This document shows, one piece after another, positions 16,997-20,000 of a DNA stretch of 20,000 nucleotides. A model generated the notes under the pieces. That model was not told where the DNA came from and did no database searches. It saw only the letters and a program-made list of their open reading frames with translations. This stretch comes from an uncultured virus (IMG/VR IMGVR_UViG_3300042465_007039) (lineage: Duplodnaviria; Heunggongvirae; Uroviricota; Caudoviricetes): the IMG/VR virus record IMGVR_UViG_3300042465_007039, positions 51,948-71,947 of that record; one strand, given 5' to 3'. The translations under genes and the position numbers were made by a program. Position 1 is the first letter of the stretch. Each line of letters opens with the position of its first letter.

Positions 16997-17019
16997 AAAT
17001 ACAAAAACAGAATGAGATA

Positions 17020-17709
17020 ATGAACAAACCAATTATGTTCTTGGGAAGCGGCCAGCAAATTACAGAATTTGCAGAGACTTGCGATCTTAATGGGCAAAGT
17101 GTTGCAGGAATCGTCGATAGTGACTACTACGGCAATACCACAGACTATCAGGGCATACCTTATGTTGGTAGAGAAGATGATTTTGATTTTTCTGATGCTG
17201 CTGACAAGTATGATTTTTTCATTGGGTCAACGGCAGTTGCTGGAATGCCTCGCACTATACAACGCCGCAGACAATTTGTCGATCTAGTTGATCAATTGAA
17301 TTTGCCATGTGCAAATATTATTGATCCTCAATGCAGAATCAGTCCCGGGGCCAAGTTAGGCAAAGGAGTATACATTGGATATTCGTCCTGGATTTCTCAC
17401 CAGGTTGTGATTCACGATCACTGTATAATGCATTCATTGGCAGGATTAGGACACGGTTGTGTGATAGGAAAAAATACTACGTTCCAAAGAGCTAGTACTG
17501 CAGGTAGTAACGTGACATTTGGAGAAAATGTTATTGCTTTAATAGGTTCAAGATTTTTAGGATTTCCATCTATGAGCGTAGGAAACAATGCAATTATATA
17601 TCCCGGAATGGTAGTAATGCGAGATGTTGCCGCCGAAGAAATAGTTAAATTCAGTAGTAGAAAAATTTACTCAGGACTTGCGGAACAAGTCCCAACACAA
17701 GAGACTTAG
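17020..17709 (+). CDS. NeuD/PglD-like sugar acetyltransferase (hexapeptide repeat)
   Basis: N-terminal FLGSG Rossmann-like domain, NIIDP, left-handed beta-helix repeats LGKGVYIG/IHDHC/IGKNT/FGENV/VGNNA, catalytic-type GH. Confidence 0.85.
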   Translation: MNKPIMFLGSGQQITEFAETCDLNGQSVAGIVDSDYYGNTTDYQGIPYVGREDDFDFSDAADKYDFFIGSTAVAGMPRTIQRRRQFVDLVDQLNLPCANIIDPQCRISPGAKLGKGVYIGYSSWISHQVVIHDHCIMHSLAGLGHGCVIGKNTTFQRASTAGSNVTFGENVIALIGSRFLGFPSMSVGNNAIIYPGMVVMRDVAAEEIVKFSSRKIYSGLAEQVPTQET

Positions 17710-17726
17710 AATCTCTTGCTTGCACC

Positions 17727-18305
17727 ATGAAAGAACATATGATTTCTAGCAGTCCAGATCGTTACACTTTCCAGAAAGACAAGTACATTGAGCGTCGTCT
17801 TGAAGAAGGTCGCGATCTTGATGATCCCAATGTACAGGCCGTGATCCAACTCTATGATGATGCACGGGCCCAGGCTGATCAACATGCCCAGGATCCCGAG
17901 TGGCAAAAACACAACCTGGAGTTTGATCTGCGTACCGCAGACTGGATGGTTGCCAAGGTTCAAGAAAGCAGAGTGTACGCTCAAAATCTCTATGCTGCCT
18001 TGTGCAACAACCAGTTCCAGAAACAAGAAGTATGGCCCATACTGAAAGATCAGGTCTGGTCATGTTCGTGGCGCTATGCTGGCGGCATTGTGGCTGACAT
18101 GCGTGGCGAGGGTGACTACATTGACTGGTACTGTAGCGGCATCAAGGGCTATGAAGCCAGCCAGGAACAATCTGAGTGGAACATGCTGACTCCAGAGCAG
18201 CAGATGGCCCACAAGGAAAGCACAGCGTTTGTGAGCGAAAGCACAGTGACTGATGATGTCCGTGAAGACCTGGCTCGTCTGGGTTGGTCTGTGATTCCAG
18301 AATAA
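17727..18305 (+). CDS. hypothetical phage protein
   Basis: 192-aa ORF with YAQNLYAALCNN, WSCSWRYAGGIVA, GDYIDWYCSG. Confidence 0.8.
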   Translation: MKEHMISSSPDRYTFQKDKYIERRLEEGRDLDDPNVQAVIQLYDDARAQADQHAQDPEWQKHNLEFDLRTADWMVAKVQESRVYAQNLYAALCNNQFQKQEVWPILKDQVWSCSWRYAGGIVADMRGEGDYIDWYCSGIKGYEASQEQSEWNMLTPEQQMAHKESTAFVSESTVTDDVREDLARLGWSVIPE

Positions 18306-18332
18306 AAACTGCCACAAATTTTGCCAAAATAG

Positions 18333-18361
18333 TTGACTTTTGTCGCAAAGGCATATATACT
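18333..18361 (+). promoter_or_regulatory. sigma70 promoter P1 of RNA array
   Basis: TTGACT-17 bp-TATACT; ATG 18367 at the expected start site. Confidence 0.8.
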
Positions 18362-18366
18362 ACACT

Positions 18367-18465
18367 ATGATGATGCAAACTGTACTCACACTCAATCTAA
18401 TACCAACCAGCCCAGAGCTGGCCTATGAGAGCGATTGTCTTCAGGGTCTTTGCCGGTGTAGTTAA
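18367..18465 (+). CDS. putative leaderless leader peptide (32 aa)
   Basis: MMMQTVLTLNLIPTSPELAYESDCLQGLCRCS*; overlaps the 5' strand of the antiterminator. Confidence 0.5.
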   Translation: MMMQTVLTLNLIPTSPELAYESDCLQGLCRCS

Positions 18466-18512
18466 CAAAAGTACTGCATTCACAAAGACCCGCTAACTAG
18501 GCGGGTTTTTTT
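18444..18512 (+). terminator. intrinsic terminator with overlapping antiterminator (attenuator)
   Basis: Terminator ACCCGC-TAACTAG-GCGGGT-T6; competing helix GGGTCTTTG(18444-52)/CAAAGACCC(18483-91). Confidence 0.75.
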
Positions 18513-18522
18513 ATGGCGCTGG

Positions 18523-18551
18523 TAGACACAAAATCGCACCAGTGCTATAAT
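18523..18551 (+). promoter_or_regulatory. sigma70 promoter P2 of RNA array
   Basis: TAGACA-17 bp-TATAAT with extended TG. Confidence 0.75.
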
Positions 18552-18564
18552 ACACACATAACAG

Positions 18565-18606
18565 CAGCAAACGATCGAGTAGCTGAGTAGAATTCTTTAA
18601 AAATTT
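18565..18606 (+). promoter_or_regulatory. rrn-like boxB/boxA antitermination signal
   Basis: Short CAGC/GCTG hairpin followed by TTCTTTAAAAATTT, similar to rrn boxA GCTCTTTAACAATTT. Confidence 0.5.
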
Positions 18607-18636
18607 ACTGATATTTTTTCTTGCTACGGCAAGAAA

Positions 18637-18768
18637 TTATATTGAAACACATTTTCAATCTGAATTGACAGATACAAACAACCAAGGGGATCCGCTGGAC
18701 TTGAGCCAGGTGCATTCTGAATTGACAGAAATAAGGTTGTAAGGAGAGCCGAGTGTGTTTCAATATAA
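18637..18768 (+). ncRNA. unidentified structured RNA with twin hairpins
   Basis: 15-bp closing stem TTATATTGAAACACA/TGTGTTTCAATATAA; two copies of TCTG-AATTGA-CAGA; ACAACC/GGTTGT inner stem. Confidence 0.6.
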
Positions 18769-18775
18769 CAAATTT

Positions 18776-18850
18776 GGAGCATTCGTCTATCGGTTAGGAC
18801 AGTGGGTTTTCAGTCCACTAAGAGCGGTTCGACTCCGCTATGCTCTACCA
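18776..18850 (+). tRNA. tRNA-Glu(TTC)
   Basis: GGAGCAT/ATGCTCT, GTGGG-TTTTCAG-TCCAC, TTCGACT, CCA. Confidence 0.92.
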
Positions 18851-18855
18851 AAGTT

Positions 18856-18954
18856 TTGCACCTGGCGTAATGGAAGCGTTACAGGTTAGTATCGAAAGAT
18901 ATACCCGAGAGGCGATGCGGGGGGTGCAGGGTTCGATTCCCTGCGGTGCAATCA
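18856..18954 (+). ncRNA. tRNA-like RNA without canonical anticodon arm
   Basis: TTGCACC/GGTGCAA stem, D-loop-like TAATGGAA, T-arm CAGGG-TTCGATT-CCCTG; middle replaced by GAAA/GAGA tetraloop hairpins; ends TCA. Confidence 0.65.
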
Positions 18955-18960
18955 AGTTTA

Positions 18961-19046
18961 GGACAGTTGGCCGAGTGGTTGAAGGCGACGGACTGTAAAT
19001 CCGTTCTGTAAAAAGCGCAGTGGTTCAAATCCATTACTGTCCACCA
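18961..19046 (+). tRNA. tRNA-Tyr(GTA)
   Basis: GGACAGT/ACTGTCC, ACGGA-CTGTAAA-TCCGT, long variable arm, CCA. Confidence 0.95.
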
Positions 19047-19052
19047 AATTTA

Positions 19053-19127
19053 GGTGCGTTCATATAACGGTCATTATCCTGGATTGTCTATCCAGAGACG
19101 GGAGTTCGACTCTCCCACGCATCGCCA
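19053..19127 (+). tRNA. tRNA-Asp(GTC)
   Basis: GGTGCGT/ACGCATC, CTGGA-TTGTCTA-TCCAG, G73, CCA. Confidence 0.92.
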
Positions 19128-19134
19128 AGTTTTT

Positions 19135-19211
19135 GCCCCGGTGACGGAATTGGTATACGTGTTGGTCTTAGAAACCAAATTTTAGGAGTTCGAGTCTCCT
19201 CTGGGGCACCA
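19135..19211 (+). tRNA. tRNA-Leu(TAG), short variable loop
   Basis: GCCCCGG/CTGGGGC, TTGGT-CTTAGAA-ACCAA, 5-nt variable loop, CCA. Confidence 0.9.
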
Positions 19212-19276
19212 AGTTTAAGAGTTCGTCTAGAAACCGGTAAATTGTAGTTTGGTCTACAAGCTCTTGATTAGTTTAT

Positions 19277-19369
19277 GGCGTTATAGGATGTAACGGGGTG
19301 CGGTTTGCCTCAACCTTGAATGATCTTCAAGGTTTTCTTGCGTGGGTTCGAATCCCACATGATGCCCCA
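19277..19369 (+). ncRNA. tRNA-like RNA with His-type acceptor (G-1:C73)
   Basis: GGCGTTAT/ATGATGCC directly followed by CCA; T-arm GTGGG-TTCGAAT-CCCAC; non-canonical inner hairpins. Confidence 0.65.
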
Positions 19370-19374
19370 AGTTA

Positions 19375-19435
19375 TGCAGTTTTTGTCTGGAGTAATATTC
19401 CTGGACACGGATAAAAACAGAAATGTTCTGCGCCA
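19375..19435 (+). ncRNA. small CCA-ended structured RNA
   Basis: GCAG/CTGC-G-CCA, TTTTGTCTG/CGGATAAAA stem, ACA-GAAA-TGT hairpin. Confidence 0.45.
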
Positions 19436-19441
19436 AGTTAT

Positions 19442-19511
19442 GCCCTGGACTGTGTTGCGAGTCAGATTTGAAGCTGAACGTAGACAGGTTCAATTCCTGT
19501 TAGGGGCGCCA
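19442..19511 (+). ncRNA. degenerate tRNA or tRNA-like RNA (anticodon ambiguous, TTG/TGA)
   Basis: GCCCT/GGGGC-G-CCA, T-arm ACAGG-TTCAATT-CCTGT, TCAG-ATTTGAAG-CTGA arm with 8-nt loop, no canonical D-loop. Confidence 0.6.
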
Positions 19512-19514
19512 AGT

Positions 19515-19734
19515 TTTGTTAGAGTGTTAGCAAGAGAAAGTCACGCTGTCTAGGTTTCTTCGAAGAACCAAAGCAGTAGAAGGTGATGGGTTCGACACCC
19601 ACCCTGCGGGGAACTGCAGGGGTCCATTGAGGCGACTAAACTGGACCGGTATCCCAAGTAACTTACCGACTCCCGCTCGAGCTTGTTAATTCGGGTGAAT
19701 GGCAGCAATAACGTGGTGCTGCTACTTTAACAAA
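19515..19734 (+). ncRNA. unidentified multibranch structured RNA (about 220 nt)
   Basis: Closing stem TTTGTTAGAGT/ACTTTAACAAA, TTAGCAAG/CTTGTTAA, and at least five internal hairpins. Confidence 0.65.
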
Positions 19735-19740
19735 TTCAAC

Positions 19741-19933
19741 GTTCTGTCTAATCAACAGATACTGTGACCCGCAGGATGAGAAGTGCTGTGATAAGCAAGG
19801 GTGGTTCTAGTCCTACCGAACTAGCGTTAGCAATACGAGAACGGTCCCTGTCGGGAAGCGGGTGGAAGGTGCTGTGATATGCGGAGAAATCCAAGAGTTG
19901 ATGCACTACAATTACCGCCGGGGGATGCAGAGC
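19741..19933 (+). ncRNA. unidentified pseudoknotted structured RNA (about 190 nt)
   Basis: Closing GTTCTG/CAGAGC; ACCCGC/GCGGGT long-range pairing; TCCCTG.CGG/CCG.CGGGGG helix. Confidence 0.55.
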
Positions 19934-20000
19934 ATTTTTAAGTACATACCCTACGCCTACTTGGAATAGGAGATAGTGTCCATAGCACTGAAGAAAGGTT

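Noticed and set aside
523..18378. Minus-strand and alternate-frame ORFs in the track (e.g. 2321-2914, 4811-5272, 12341-12775, 639-1028)
   Set aside because: Shadows of well-supported + strand genes; all promoters, RBSs and terminators found point in the + direction
18658..18730. CRISPR or mini-array
   Set aside because: Only two 14-nt copies inside a larger fold-back, and no cas genes in the window
19277..19369. tRNA-Sec (8/5 fold, TCA present)
   Set aside because: TCA cannot be centred in a 7-nt loop, there is no G73 discriminator, and the eighth pair is better read as G-1:C73
18850..19520. Theta (HDV-like) ribozymes at tRNA 3' ends
   Set aside because: No nested double-pseudoknot or typical P3/L3 sequence follows any tRNA; CCA ends are encoded and followed by short AT-rich linkers
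19281..19553. ORFs 19281-19493 (-), 19320-19553 (+) and 16832-17032 (-)
   Set aside because: They overlap tRNA-like RNAs or the tmRNA, lack an RBS and show no protein motifs
19515..19734. RNase P RNA
   Set aside because: GAGAAAGTC resembles CR-I, but I found no convincing CR-V/P4 partner near the 3' end; left unidentified
19939..20000. Another structured RNA beginning after TAAGTA
   Set aside because: Only short hairpins (CCTA/TAGG, AGTG/CACT) are visible before the window ends; too little to call

Overview
This window is a segment of a large lytic dsDNA phage genome (T4-like/jumbo type, standard genetic code). Every supportable gene is on the + strand. Region 1-8600 is a metabolic block in which 7-deazaguanine genes (folE, queD, queE; no queC, dpdA or tgt in the window) are interleaved with nucleotide-sugar and glycan enzymes (DegT aminotransferase, GT2, cupin, SDR, gmd, cytidylyltransferase, two SGNH-like proteins). 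Region 8560-15750 holds a T4 RNase H-like nuclease, a MazG-like enzyme, many small hypothetical genes behind consensus sigma70 promoters, and three tRNAs. Region 15750-17000 is a circularly permuted (two-piece) tmRNA whose acceptor piece is interrupted by a GIY-YIG homing endonuclease; the insertion appears to fold itself out of the RNA and supplies a replacement acceptor end with an altered T-loop. Region 18330-20000 is an RNA-gene array preceded by what looks like a leader-peptide attenuator and a boxA site. It mixes four ordinary tRNAs with several tRNA-like RNAs lacking normal anticodon arms and at least three larger unidentified structured RNAs. All protein calls rest on motif recognition and all RNA structures on pairing by eye; no searches or folding programs were run.
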